Source: a virus (Duplodnaviria > Caudoviricetes). From it: a stretch of DNA of 64,000 nucleotides. Shown here in pieces: positions 9,037-17,758 of this stretch; positions within the stretch are counted from its first letter, which is position 1; the number at the start of each line of letters is the position of its first letter. The notes beneath the pieces were generated by a model. The model worked only from the letters and a program-made list of their open reading frames with translations. It ran no database searches and was not told the DNA's origin. The DNA lies in the IMG/VR virus record IMGVR_UViG_3300027776_000009; one strand, written 5' to 3'. The position numbers and the translations under genes are program-made.

Positions 9037-10671
9037 TCAATCTCCCGTGTAATTCATAACGACCCGCCGGACGGATTCAATCGAAGGACTAGCCAAGAGA
9101 CCCCCTCGTGGATTAACATAGGAACTCGCCTTGTTAAGCAGTCGTTGGACTTCTTCTACAGCTTCGTCCGTGTAAAGCGCATTCCCCGACATGGTGTCAC
9201 CGTCGTGGTCACCCCCTGCCAATGCAAGACGCGACGGGTGTACTGACATAGCGTCATAGAACACCGGCTCGTCCATATTGGGGTATTCCAACGCGGTGTA
9301 CTCAGCATCCATTGGAATCCAGTTGTCATCCAATTCCCGTCTGGCTACGGCGCCCTCGGTGGTCTTGACGTAAGCATAGGAGTCGTAAATACTCCCCAGT
9401 CCCGTAATGGGGTAACGGGTTGGGACCAGTGGGATTTTAGTCCACTCCCGATACCCAGAGATATAAAGCAACTCTGTCAAGGTTAAGGGATGCACGTACT
9501 TCTTGTCAAACTTCGGATTCCCGACAGGTAATTCCGTGATGTCATTGAAGATCTTAAACGTGTTATCAGGACCTCGATACACCAATCCCAAGTAATACCC
9601 CCGATCCACCACAATGGGTTTGACACGGTTCTGGAAGGAGAAATAGCTATTCAGCACACCTTCCAATCCCGGAGTCGATGTCCACTTATCAATGGCTGAC
9701 GATGAAACACGAATGATTTCACGTCGCAAGGTTTTGGGGTTCACCAGCGCTACATTACCATCCTGACTGAAGACTCGACCGATCCAGCCATTTTGCAGCA
9801 TGTGAATGGTTTTTGGGAGCACAGACTTTGCCAACTGAAAGAGACCAATGAAGGTAGTATTCAATCCAGCGCCACGGCGTCCACCCAATATAGGCTTAGC
9901 AATCGGCATAGCCGTGATAACGTTCCGCGTTCCGTTATAGATCCGCCGACAGCCCCACTTCCCTAAGAAGAACCCACCCTTCCCACTCACGAGGGCATTG
10001 AAGTACTCGTAGATTTCCAGAAAGGTTTGTTGCATGGCGTAGCGCGTGTTGTTTTGCAGACGGTTATCCGTACTACTCACCACCGACAATGCGTTATTCG
10101 CCGCGAGGATGTTACGATAGGGGCCGTTAATATCGCCCTGCTTGGTTCTTCCGGATTCGTCCACCGATACATCCCGAAGACCCGCCGGAAGAATAAGCAG
10201 TTTGTCCAACAGCGCTCGTTCACGCCCCTTGACAATGAACTCGATTCGTAATCCACGAACATCCGAGTCATTGGTTTTGAACTGGATCTTATCCCAATAG
10301 TCCATGAAGAAGGTGAAGCCGGTGTCACCGTCGACTTGATCCGAAGGAACAAAGTCTTCCAGAGTTTCATCCCACGCCGCGTATTCCCGTCCTGAGAAGA
10401 TGCCGGCGTAAAGCTGCTTCAGACGGCAGAGTTGCTTGTAGTAAAACGGATGTAACAACGTGGTCTTCAAGTCGATATAGGAAAAACGTCGATCTCGTTC
10501 ATCGCTCCCAGGGCGACCAAAGGTCAGTACGGAGAACAACCCGTCTTCGTGAAAGGTTGAGGTGCTACCTCCTTCGAACATATCCAACGATCTTGTCGGC
10601 CGCAGATATTGCAGACGCTCCGGCGTCAGTTTGAGCAGTGCCACATTGGCAGGAATACTGGTACGTTGCAT
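9037..10671 (-). CDS. virion RNA polymerase beta'-like catalytic subunit, phiKZ gp180-like
   Basis: 544 aa. GLFS...FG, ILPAGLRD, GKGG...RR...R.VI and RYP motifs. Catalytic loop GGDHDGD at 9196-9216 (DxDGD). Confidence 0.92.
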   Translation of the reverse strand: MQRTSIPANVALLKLTPERLQYLRPTRSLDMFEGGSTSTFHEDGLFSVLTFGRPGSDERDRRFSYIDLKTTLLHPFYYKQLCRLKQLYAGIFSGREYAAWDETLEDFVPSDQVDGDTGFTFFMDYWDKIQFKTNDSDVRGLRIEFIVKGRERALLDKLLILPAGLRDVSVDESGRTKQGDINGPYRNILAANNALSVVSSTDNRLQNNTRYAMQQTFLEIYEYFNALVSGKGGFFLGKWGCRRIYNGTRNVITAMPIAKPILGGRRGAGLNTTFIGLFQLAKSVLPKTIHMLQNGWIGRVFSQDGNVALVNPKTLRREIIRVSSSAIDKWTSTPGLEGVLNSYFSFQNRVKPIVVDRGYYLGLVYRGPDNTFKIFNDITELPVGNPKFDKKYVHPLTLTELLYISGYREWTKIPLVPTRYPITGLGSIYDSYAYVKTTEGAVARRELDDNWIPMDAEYTALEYPNMDEPVFYDAMSVHPSRLALAGGDHDGDTMSGNALYTDEAVEEVQRLLNKASSYVNPRGGLLASPSIESVRRVVMNYTGD

Positions 10672-10739
10672 AGCCTCGTCCTATATGCAGTGAAGAGAGG
10701 GAATCTATATGACACGACATCTACTGGGGGAGTCCCTAT

Positions 10740-13700
10740 ATGGCTAACAGAGACGATATCGATCTTGGCGATCTGCCCTTTGATGACTTTGGTGATGAGG
10801 GGGAAGGCGGTTTTGGTGGCGGGCCGCAAAACAACAAAAAACGCAAGCCCGTCGAGCAGTTGGTTGGGACACTGAAAACGGGGTTAAAGGCAAACCTGTC
10901 CAGCCCTTCGTTTTACGGGAAGCTGCTAAAAAGAGCGCTTCCTAAGGAATACCAAACTCTGCTGGAAGCGGCCGACACAACGGCTGACAACCTCAAAGAA
11001 CTATACAATATTGCCGCCGATGAAGCTAAGCCTATTAAGGATGAGCTCAAACGCGGCGCACGTATCGCCCTTCCGGGCGCTGAGAAGGTTCTTCCCAAGA
11101 AGCTGACCGAAAAGCTCAAGAAACTGGTTGAGAAGGAGAGCAGTAGCTGGTCAGGAAGTTACGACGCGGAAGGTAACGAGATATCCGCCGGACTCTCGGG
11201 GATCTTCGTTGCTTATCAAGAAGCTCAGCAAAAGAAGGCTGAAGAAACGCGGTCGGAAGAACGCGTCCAGAACATCGCTCAAAACAAATTGCAGCAAGGG
11301 CAGTTATCATTACTGCTCGGGATTTCTAACTCCATTAATCGCATGGTCAGTTACCAAGACCAAGTGACTATGGCGTATCAAAAGAAAACCCTGGAGCTGC
11401 AATACAAACACTATTTTGCCACTCGGAAGCTGGTCGATCTCAATCAGCAGCAGCTCGGGCTTCACAAGAGTTCCTACGAGTTGATCATTAAGAACACGGC
11501 ATTGCCTGAAGCGGTTAAGATCCAGAATAGTGAACTCATGGGTCAGATCATGAAGGAGCGCTTTCTGTCTAGGGTGTCCGAACCCTTCAGTCAATTCACT
11601 GCCAACCTTCTCCCAAAAGTCATGAAGACGGCTTCCGGCCAGATCAAAGGATTTGCTGCCTCGCTCGGAACCAGCTTGAGTCAGATGATCGGTGGGCTGG
11701 AGATGGCGGCCAATATGAACAACGATCCCGACGTGCGGCAGGAAAATACCAACGAGGGTATTGGTGAGCTGCTTCGGTTTGCACTCAGAGGTCAGACCAA
11801 AAAACTGCAAGAGTTTCTGAAGGCGAATCCCAAGATTGCTAAAATGGGCATTAAGGGAACCCGGATGATCCGTAATGCGCCTGATACCGTAGTAGGTGCA
11901 CTGCGTGACCCTAAACGACTGGAGGGTACGGGTAAGGAAGTTGAGAAGAAAATGGTTGAGATGCGTAAGCAGCTCTACGGTCTCTTTGGACGCCAACCGC
12001 CCGGTCAAGAAATTGACCCTGTCACAGGTGAACCCACGGGATTAGGTAGTGGAAAAACTGGCGATGCCATCGACAAAATGATCGAAAAGATCTTTAAGTC
12101 AGTAGCATCCGACTTAGGAGTTCCAGTCCGTGATTCCAAAGTGCGTAAGGGGAATAGCGACCAGATGGATAAGGCGGCCTACTGGACGTTCCAAGCGGAT
12201 CGCACTTTGGTCGAAGTCATTCCAGGGTGGTTAGGAAAGATTCATCAAGAGCTGGCTATTACCCGCACCGGGAAAGCCGATACTCCGGAGATGGTCTACA
12301 ATCACCGAACTGGAAAGTTCGTGACGGTATCGGACGCGGGTAAAGCCGCGGTGGGTAATGTCTTTACCAAGAAGGATAAAGAAAAGATCGATAAGAACAT
12401 GGAATCCGTTCTGGAGCAGATCGATCCCGACAAGAAACTCAAAGCTCCCGCTCGTAAGGCCCTGGCGCGTTATTTACTCGATCGGGCGAATAACTTCCAG
12501 GACATGGATCTTGGCACCCTGGCCGCAGGCGCAGAGCGAGGGTATCCAGAAGTTCTCAAGCGGTACCGTAAAGAGATCTCCAAGTTCTTACAGAAGCGTT
12601 TTGAATACACTCCGGAAGGTAAAGAAGGAGAAAGTTCAGCACAGGCGCAAACCGATCTAATGCATACGGAAGGGCGTTTTGAACGACTCCGTGAAGAGCT
12701 TCCGGACTTCCGGCAAAGGATGGCAGGTGAAGCTTTCCAGAGCAATATTCGGATACTGGAAGAGCAAGGCTTGGTCGTCTATGATGCGGAAACCGGTACC
12801 TACAATGTCAACTGGAACAAAGCCTACGACGAGATCGATGGAGGGCTTCCGAAGCCCGGACGGCGTCGCACGAATCCGGTTCCGGCTAATCCCCCTCCCG
12901 CGTCTCGCGCCTTAGGCGGTCCGGTTCGTCGCAGTTACGCCAAAGGAAGTAATGGACCTATCCGGGGACCCGGAACCAGCACCAGCGACTCCATACCCGT
13001 GAACGTCTCGGATGGGGAAACCGTGGTTAATACCCCAGGGTCTCGGATACCCGGTGCTGCAGCCTTGCTCCGGTTCCTCAACACCATGGGAAATAAAGTC
13101 CGTGGAGTAGACTCCCCCGGGGTGGGGTACGGCGGTAATTCATCGACCTCTCCCGATCAAGCCCAGCAACTGCAAGACGCTATCGATAGACTGACGGAAC
13201 AAAACGCCGAGATGTCTCAAACCATGGCGTCATTGCTGGAGGTCGTCCAGCAGATCCCCAACGTTCCTCTGCAAACTGTCAATGTCGGTGAAGGTCTCGA
13301 TCCGGAAGATATCATTGGTGGACTATCATTGAGCGAACGGATTTCCATCAAGGGGGTTCGCGGGATCCGGAAAGCCGGGTCAGGGCTTCTCAAGGGTGGT
13401 AAGAAACTCATGAAGTGGGGGTCTGGCCGCGTCCGTAAAGGGGTCACAGGTGCCTTTGGACTGATCGGTTCGGCTAGCACTGCTGCACAAACACTGGGTA
13501 AGAAAGCTCTCAGTATGGCAGGGTTCGGACTCAAGAAACTGCAAGACGTTTGGATTGTGGGTGAAGAGCAACCTGTGCTCGCAGCGAAAGATATCCGCAA
13601 GGGTCGCTACGTTGATATGCTGACCAAGAAAGTCATCGAAATTCCGACAGACATTACGGGTCCCGTCATGGATCTGGAAACGGAAGAGCTTGTGATTACG

Positions 13701-16700
13701 CAGGCAGATTTCGATAAAGGCATTTACGGAAAACGGTCTAAGAAACTCCTTAAACGTGTGCTGGGTGCTATTGGTGGGCTGGCTAGTCTGGCTCGGAAAC
13801 CTTTTCAAGCGCTCTCCAAAGTGCTGACAAAGGGTAAGAAGCTGATTGGGAACGTCCTGCGCTATGGGGAAATCCCCCACGACATCTACGTCGCGGGAGA
13901 AGAAGAGCCACGGATCATTGCCAGAGTGATGCGGCAAGGTGGATATCGGCTGAAGTCTACGGGTAAAGTCGTCACCAAGATCAGTCAACTGACCGGCGCT
14001 ATTATCGATGAGGATAACAACACTGTCCTCACGGTTGAAGACATGAAGAAGGGTTTGGTGGACTCTAAAGGACGTCCTATCAAGGGTCTCATGTCGCGAA
14101 TTGCCTCCGGTGTCGCCAAGGTTGCTGCTATCCCCATTCAATTCGGCAAAGCCGCGTTGAAAGCGGCTGGGACGGGCGCGGATATGCTCAAGAAGATGTT
14201 GGGTGGCGGACTGGGTATGCTGAAGGGACTTTTCAGCGGAGCCGGCGTCAGTCTGTTTGGATCTACCAAACCTATCGTCTCCAAACTGGATGCTATCTAC
14301 AACGTACTGAACGATCGTCTACCCGCCAGTAAGAAAAAATCCAAATCCAACGACTCGGACGGAGATGGATTGCGCGACGGGAGCTGGCAGGAACAGGAGC
14401 AAGCCCGAGAAAAGGCCAAGAAAGAAGGTCGCTTTGGTAAACTCTTGGATGCCCTTAAGAGCGGGAAAGACAAAGTCAAGGAGAAAGGTGCTTCGATCTT
14501 CGATAGCCTGAAGAACATGCTGCCTTTGTTAATTGGTGGTGTGACAACTCTGTTTACGAAAATCAGTGGGACGGTGAAACTCATTACCAGCTTCTTGGGT
14601 AAAGGGTCTATCAAAGCCTTGATGAAGACTGCCAGCGTTGTGAAGACAGGAGCTAAGCTACTAAACTCCGGTGTAGGGAAAGCACTAACTTGGGGAGCAC
14701 GAGCGCTGCCATTCCTGGCTTCCGCGGGGAGTGCAATCGCAACAGGCGCTGTCGCTGTACTCACATCACCCGTAACGCTGACGGTTGCTGCCGCTGCTGC
14801 TGTTGCCTATGGTGGCTATAAGCTGTACAAGTACTACAACCAACCCAACACTCCCATCGCTAAGTTCCGAATGGCTCAGTATGGCTTCAATAGCGACGAT
14901 GAAAAGCGAGTCCCGAAAATCATCGAGTTGGAACAGGCGTTGCTGAAAGTGGTGCAAGTATCCGCCAGCGGTCCCGCCACCCTCGGCAAGGGCGTTACGA
15001 TGCAGACCCTGCTCCAGATCTTCGGGGTTAATGAAAAGGAACCCAAACAGGTTGAGAAATGGATTAGCTGGTTTACGGGACGCTTCAAACCGGTCTTCTT
15101 GTCTCATGTCACCGTTTACTACAACATGACCAAGAAGAAAGATATTACTCAAGCGGATAAAACTCTGAGTACCGCACAGAAGTTGGAATATCTCCCTAAG
15201 ATCAACTTCCCCTATAGCGGAAGCTCTCCGTATCTTTACATGATGTCCCCCTTTGGCGATGAAGACAAAGTCCCGCTGGACGATGATGATGACGTCAGCG
15301 ATGCTTATGATTCCGCCATCAGTCTAATCAAGCGCAATGCCAAAGCTAATGACGAAGCCTTGGCTAGTCAGAAGGGAGGTAAGGGCGCCACGGGTAAGGT
15401 GGAGAAGGATACCGGTGGGGTTTGGGACAGTACTAAGAAAGCTTTTGGTACGGCGTATGATGCTACCAAGAACGCGTTAGGTACCGCCGCTAGCGGTTTT
15501 GCCGCGGGTGGGCGTATGCTAATGAAGGGATACAATGCTGCCGTGGATGTTACATCTACTGCGATTGGCGATGCGGCCGCCGCTAATAAGGCGGCTGGGG
15601 GTGGCGTAGGCGGCGCTGCGTCAGCAGCACTGGCTTTTGGTAAATCCGTCAGTGGTCAAGTAGCCTCAGCGGTTGCTAAGGTGGATTCCAACGCGCTCTA
15701 TCAAAACGTACTGAAGTACGCCAAGATGGCTGGCGTAACAACTCCTGCTGGATTGGCCATGTATTTGGGACAAATGCACACGGAATCCGGTGGCTTCAAA
15801 GTAGTGAGTGAAAACCTGAACTACAAAGTTGACACACTAATGAAACTCTTCTCCCGCGCCAAGACAGCGGGTCGACCTGCGGTGGAACAAGTCGTCAAGG
15901 GAGGCCCTCCCGCGATTGCTGAGTTCCTCTACGGTGGCCGCATGGGGAATGATCAACCCGGTGATGGGTGGAAGTATCGCGGACGCGGACCTCTTCAACT
16001 CACGGGTAAGAGCAACTATTCCATGGCCAGTAAAGCACTGGGAATAGATCTGGTCAGTAACCCCGATCTGGTGACAGATCCCGACATCGGGGCTAAAACA
16101 GCCGCTTGGTATTTCAGCACACGGGTTAATGCTAACGCACTGAATAGCGGTGATCTGACTAAGGTCACCAAAGCTATCAATGGGGGGACCATTGGGTTAG
16201 ACCATCGTGGGGAGGCCTACAAAGCGTTTCTAGCGAAGGTTAATGCAGGCACGCTGGATAGTATTAGCAACGCCCCCGCTAAGGCAGGAACCGCTGCTAA
16301 GGCAGATGAAAAGGCGCCTCCGCCGCCTGGCGGTGCTGCAGCCGTCAAAACGTTAGCGCAGTCGGCTAAAGCACCAGGAACCCCTACGACGACCCCTACG
16401 GCAACTCCGGCGTCATCAGCGACCCCTGTGGCTACCACGGTTGGGTCTGCTGCGGCTAAGTCACCCACCTCACTACCTGCTCCAACTACGTCCCCTGGCA
16501 CAGCGCAAGTTGCTCAAGCTAAACAAAGCGAACAGCAACGCGGAACCGCCAGTAGCGGCGCAGTTAACATGGACGCAGTTGCCAACATCATGCGGGATCA
16601 ACTCAACGTCCAAAAGAGTATGGATGCTAAACTTGGAAACATTGACGCAACACTTCTGCGGATTGAGAAGTCAGGACCTGGTGGTAAGGCTGCCGGAGGG

Positions 16701-16760
16701 ACCCCTCCAGCACCCGCCGCACCTTCTGGTAAACCTCCGGTGTCAATGTTGAAAGTGTAA
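10740..16760 (+). CDS. tape-measure/tail-associated lytic protein (phiKZ gp181-like) with C-terminal GH19 muramidase
   Basis: 2006 aa, long helical Lys/Ala/Gly-rich body. Near the C-terminus, GH19 motifs AMYLGQMHTESGGF, DGWKYRGRGPLQLTGKSNY, AAWYF and TKAINGG. Divergent from the vRNAP genes as in phiKZ. Confidence 0.88.
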   Translation: MANRDDIDLGDLPFDDFGDEGEGGFGGGPQNNKKRKPVEQLVGTLKTGLKANLSSPSFYGKLLKRALPKEYQTLLEAADTTADNLKELYNIAADEAKPIKDELKRGARIALPGAEKVLPKKLTEKLKKLVEKESSSWSGSYDAEGNEISAGLSGIFVAYQEAQQKKAEETRSEERVQNIAQNKLQQGQLSLLLGISNSINRMVSYQDQVTMAYQKKTLELQYKHYFATRKLVDLNQQQLGLHKSSYELIIKNTALPEAVKIQNSELMGQIMKERFLSRVSEPFSQFTANLLPKVMKTASGQIKGFAASLGTSLSQMIGGLEMAANMNNDPDVRQENTNEGIGELLRFALRGQTKKLQEFLKANPKIAKMGIKGTRMIRNAPDTVVGALRDPKRLEGTGKEVEKKMVEMRKQLYGLFGRQPPGQEIDPVTGEPTGLGSGKTGDAIDKMIEKIFKSVASDLGVPVRDSKVRKGNSDQMDKAAYWTFQADRTLVEVIPGWLGKIHQELAITRTGKADTPEMVYNHRTGKFVTVSDAGKAAVGNVFTKKDKEKIDKNMESVLEQIDPDKKLKAPARKALARYLLDRANNFQDMDLGTLAAGAERGYPEVLKRYRKEISKFLQKRFEYTPEGKEGESSAQAQTDLMHTEGRFERLREELPDFRQRMAGEAFQSNIRILEEQGLVVYDAETGTYNVNWNKAYDEIDGGLPKPGRRRTNPVPANPPPASRALGGPVRRSYAKGSNGPIRGPGTSTSDSIPVNVSDGETVVNTPGSRIPGAAALLRFLNTMGNKVRGVDSPGVGYGGNSSTSPDQAQQLQDAIDRLTEQNAEMSQTMASLLEVVQQIPNVPLQTVNVGEGLDPEDIIGGLSLSERISIKGVRGIRKAGSGLLKGGKKLMKWGSGRVRKGVTGAFGLIGSASTAAQTLGKKALSMAGFGLKKLQDVWIVGEEQPVLAAKDIRKGRYVDMLTKKVIEIPTDITGPVMDLETEELVITQADFDKGIYGKRSKKLLKRVLGAIGGLASLARKPFQALSKVLTKGKKLIGNVLRYGEIPHDIYVAGEEEPRIIARVMRQGGYRLKSTGKVVTKISQLTGAIIDEDNNTVLTVEDMKKGLVDSKGRPIKGLMSRIASGVAKVAAIPIQFGKAALKAAGTGADMLKKMLGGGLGMLKGLFSGAGVSLFGSTKPIVSKLDAIYNVLNDRLPASKKKSKSNDSDGDGLRDGSWQEQEQAREKAKKEGRFGKLLDALKSGKDKVKEKGASIFDSLKNMLPLLIGGVTTLFTKISGTVKLITSFLGKGSIKALMKTASVVKTGAKLLNSGVGKALTWGARALPFLASAGSAIATGAVAVLTSPVTLTVAAAAAVAYGGYKLYKYYNQPNTPIAKFRMAQYGFNSDDEKRVPKIIELEQALLKVVQVSASGPATLGKGVTMQTLLQIFGVNEKEPKQVEKWISWFTGRFKPVFLSHVTVYYNMTKKKDITQADKTLSTAQKLEYLPKINFPYSGSSPYLYMMSPFGDEDKVPLDDDDDVSDAYDSAISLIKRNAKANDEALASQKGGKGATGKVEKDTGGVWDSTKKAFGTAYDATKNALGTAASGFAAGGRMLMKGYNAAVDVTSTAIGDAAAANKAAGGGVGGAASAALAFGKSVSGQVASAVAKVDSNALYQNVLKYAKMAGVTTPAGLAMYLGQMHTESGGFKVVSENLNYKVDTLMKLFSRAKTAGRPAVEQVVKGGPPAIAEFLYGGRMGNDQPGDGWKYRGRGPLQLTGKSNYSMASKALGIDLVSNPDLVTDPDIGAKTAAWYFSTRVNANALNSGDLTKVTKAINGGTIGLDHRGEAYKAFLAKVNAGTLDSISNAPAKAGTAAKADEKAPPPPGGAAAVKTLAQSAKAPGTPTTTPTATPASSATPVATTVGSAAAKSPTSLPAPTTSPGTAQVAQAKQSEQQRGTASSGAVNMDAVANIMRDQLNVQKSMDAKLGNIDATLLRIEKSGPGGKAAGGTPPAPAAPSGKPPVSMLKV

Positions 16761-16810
16761 CGGCATAAGCACTCTCCCTCCTAGGGAAACCTAGGAGGGA
16801 GTTATGCTGT
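16761..16810 (+). terminator. TATG-flanked hairpin after the tape-measure gene
   Basis: CGGCATAA...CTCCCTCCTAGG-GAAA-CCTAGGAGGGAG-TTATGCTG; no U-tract. Confidence 0.7.
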
Positions 16811-16818
16811 TGGGTTTA

Positions 16819-16860
16819 GGACAAAAAAGAAGGGTGTTAACTCACCCTTCTTTTTTGTCC
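16819..16860. terminator. bidirectional intrinsic terminator
   Basis: Perfect 18-bp inverted repeat GGACAAAAAAGAAGGGTG-TTAACT-CACCCTTCTTTTTTGTCC with U-tracts in both directions. Confidence 0.85.
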
Positions 16861-17052
16861 TCAATTGAGGACAATGTGCACACCGTGGGACAGAACCCAC
16901 ACGGTGAGGACACTGGCCGCCGCACAGGCGACCATGAAAAGAGCGGCGCGGAAGCGCCCTTGATCCGGCTTAATTAATTGATCCATCAGCCATACAAGAA
17001 CCGGCCCGCACATAATAGCAAGGCCCATAACAACTGGAAATGAATTTGGCAC
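16861..17052 (-). CDS. small two-TM membrane protein
   Basis: 63 aa with two hydrophobic stretches. GTG start with AGGAGG Shine-Dalgarno, its own promoter motif and a structured leader. Confidence 0.7.
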   Translation of the reverse strand: MPNSFPVVMGLAIMCGPVLVWLMDQLIKPDQGRFRAALFMVACAAASVLTVWVLSHGVHIVLN

Positions 17053-17057
17053 GATAA

Positions 17058-17071
17058 GTCCTCCTACGGAC
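17058..17071 (-). promoter_or_regulatory. SD-containing hairpin element GUCC-GUAGGA-GGAC (copy 1)
   Basis: Exact 14-mer GTCCGTAGGAGGAC, 5 nt before the start codon. Also at 17631-17644 and 33052-33065. Confidence 0.75.
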
Positions 17072-17085
17072 TGTGGGGTATAAGG

Positions 17086-17190
17086 GGTGCAAGTATCTCG
17101 TTCGCGTGATTGGCTCTCAGTCGTTAGCTGAGTAACTGGTCACAGACCCTCTGTCGTTAGCAGATGAGTCCTAGCGATTGATAACACTTT
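17086..17190 (-). ncRNA. putative structured 5' leader/ncRNA with twin CUAACGA-loop hairpins
   Basis: GGACUC-A-UCUG[CUAACGA]CAGA-GGGUCU and GUU-A-CUCAG[CUAACGA]CUGAG-AGC, enclosed by UAUC/GAUA and UCGC/GCGA pairings. Lies between a promoter motif and the 63-aa gene. Confidence 0.6.
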
Positions 17191-17199
17191 GTCCTTATT

Positions 17200-17217
17200 G
17201 TAGTATGTATCTGAAAA
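17200..17217 (-). promoter_or_regulatory. putative early promoter
   Basis: Minus strand TTTTCAGATACATACTAC, a member of the repeated motif family. Confidence 0.7.
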
Positions 17218-17230
17218 AAAGTGGATTCAG

Positions 17231-17260
17231 GCAAAAAGAAAAGGGAGCCCGAAGGCTCCC
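17231..17260 (-). terminator. intrinsic terminator
   Basis: GGGAGCC-TTCG-GGCTCCC followed by TTTTCTTTTTG on the minus strand. Confidence 0.85.
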
Positions 17261-17264
17261 GTGA

Positions 17265-17624
17265 TTAGTCGAGACCAAGATGCTTCTTGATCTCGGTAAA
17301 CCGCTTGCGCATCCATCGTGGGGCAGTCCCTTTAAGGACCTGTTCCATGACAATCGGCAGGGGAAAGTAGTGGACGTTTGGTGCGGCTCCTGTCCGCACT
17401 AAAGCGTAATAGGAGTGCATGAAACGTGTGGGTGGGGTTTCAGATTCAATAGCTTGTTTAATCTCCTCAAGACACACGTCATGAGGATCCCCATAATGCA
17501 GTGTAGCAGTACTCAGGTCGTCCTCGTACTGAGGAGCACCCGCTGCAAACAGGGGTCCGCTGCCGGAGTGGGTGACGGTGAAGGCGGTTTCACCTTCGGT
17601 ATACGTAGTTGTGAAAGTTGTCAT
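17265..17624 (-). CDS. hypothetical early protein
   Basis: 119 aa, AGGAGG Shine-Dalgarno. Monocistronic between a promoter motif and a terminator. Confidence 0.8.
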   Translation of the reverse strand: MTTFTTTYTEGETAFTVTHSGSGPLFAAGAPQYEDDLSTATLHYGDPHDVCLEEIKQAIESETPPTRFMHSYYALVRTGAAPNVHYFPLPIVMEQVLKGTAPRWMRKRFTEIKKHLGLD

Positions 17625-17630
17625 AGCGAT

Positions 17631-17644
17631 GTCCTCCTACGGAC
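17631..17644 (-). promoter_or_regulatory. SD-containing hairpin element (copy 2)
   Basis: Exact GTCCGTAGGAGGAC, 6 nt before ATG. Confidence 0.75.
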
Positions 17645-17677
17645 TTGGTTTAGGCGTCGGATGATTCCGACTCTCTA

Positions 17678-17699
17678 CTTAAGTGATATGTATCTGAAA
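17678..17699 (-). promoter_or_regulatory. putative early promoter
   Basis: Minus strand TTTCAGATACATATCACTTAAG; 21/22 identical to 33096-33117. Confidence 0.75.
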
Positions 17700-17758
17700 G
17701 AAATTGGACTTTACGGCGTCATTTATGAATCCAGAACAAGACATTCGGAGAGAAGACC

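Noticed and set aside
4806-10671. Introns, inteins or homing endonucleases in the RNAP genes (common in this phage group)
   Set aside because: Both ORFs are continuous and of expected size, separated by 1 nt. No intein C/S...HN boundaries or HNH/LAGLIDADG motifs were seen.
17110-17170. Repeated GTCGTTAGC as a mini-CRISPR
   Set aside because: Only two 9-nt copies, no 25-45-nt repeats with spacers, and no cas genes. Better explained as twin RNA hairpin loops.
17160-17186. Plus-strand CAGATGAGTCC resembling a hammerhead ribozyme core
   Set aside because: The core should be CUGANGA with a downstream GAAA. Here it is CAGAUGA with no GAAA, and the promoter and gene context is on the minus strand.
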